Source of the DNA: a virus | Length of the DNA stretch: 64,000 nt | IMG/VR virus record: IMGVR_UViG_3300045988_102159 | Coordinates: 32,001-96,000 of that record | Direction: 5' to 3' (one strand) | Shown: one piece after another, positions 63,861 through 64,000 of the stretch | How positions within the stretch are numbered: position 1 is the stretch's first letter | Layout: the number at the start of each line of letters is the position of its first letter | Program-made: the position numbers and the translations under genes | The notes under the pieces: model-generated | The model's input: only the letters and a program-made list of their open reading frames with translations | What the model was told of the DNA's origin: nothing | Databases searched by the model: none

Positions 63861-64000
63861 CTATCCTTCCGCTTCTATATTAGCGATTGTTTTATCAGAC
63901 TTCTCGGAATCTGGCTTCTCAGGGCGACCACCCTTATTGCCCGAAGATGGAGTCTGCTGTTGTTTTGTCTTCGCGGTAGTATCTCCATTGCCGCCATTGC
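63861..64000 (-). CDS. C-terminal end of an upstream head gene (portal candidate), truncated by the window
   Basis: The open frame reaches the window edge (..NGGNGDTTAKTKQQQTPSSGNKGGRPEKPDSEKSDKTIANIEAEG, then stop). Confidence 0.45.
   Translation of the reverse strand, partial: NGGNGDTTAKTKQQQTPSSGNKGGRPEKPDSEKSDKTIANIEAEG

Noticed and set aside
1-64000. Alternative genetic code (stop-codon reassignment) as the explanation for in-frame stops in dnaE, nrdD, the tape measure gene and the tail gene.
   Set aside because: Standard-code ORFs of up to 2591 and 1713 codons are intact. All the interruptions coincide with stop-rich segments in all frames that carry group I ribozyme blocks and fit the splice-junction rules.
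1-64000. Inteins, CRISPR arrays, tRNA genes, an integrase or attachment site, and a diversity-generating retroelement (TR/VR pair plus reverse transcriptase) near the fibre genes.
   Set aside because: There is no in-frame intein-like insertion, no short spaced direct repeats, and no cloverleaf-like segment in the intergenic regions. No RT or recombinase motif was found, and no near-identical adenine-mismatched repeat pair was seen by eye. A computational repeat search could still find weak TR/VR pairs.

Overview
AT-rich, gene-dense segment of a large tailed dsDNA phage or prophage with Firmicutes-type signals (AGGAGG ribosome-binding sites, TTGACA-17-TATAAT promoters, a PBSX-like lysis cassette). 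Two convergent blocks meet at a bidirectional terminator near 10.53 kb. Nt 1-10504 (+ strand) carry replication and nucleotide-metabolism genes: DnaE-like polymerase, guanylate-kinase-like protein, NrdD/NrdG, dUTPase, FolD and RuvC. Nt 10561-64000 (- strand) carry endolysin/holin, a very elaborate fibre and baseplate module, a tape measure that is 2932 aa after splicing, tail genes, and the head genes (protease/scaffold, major capsid). No tRNA, CRISPR array, integrase or reverse transcriptase was seen. Main observations: (1) Five tandem paralogous tail-collar-domain genes (22554-24886) lie downstream of the long tail fibre gene. They are associated with the only three long poly-G tracts in the window (G9, G8, G10). 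Two tracts sit inside conserved short leader ORFs and one sits inside a collar gene, which suggests a phase-variable receptor-binding cassette. (2) Eight related group I introns are present, in dnaE, nrdD (two), the tape measure gene and a major-tail-type gene (four). The four in the tail gene leave micro-exons of about 23 and 21 nt. (3) There are candidate -1 recoding sites. An A_AAA_AAA heptamer at the end of the major capsid gene would fuse it to a 300-aa beta-helix ORF that has no RBS, and a G5 run at the end of the tail gene opens a 46-codon extension. All splice junctions, frameshifts and functions are inferred from sequence reading only.
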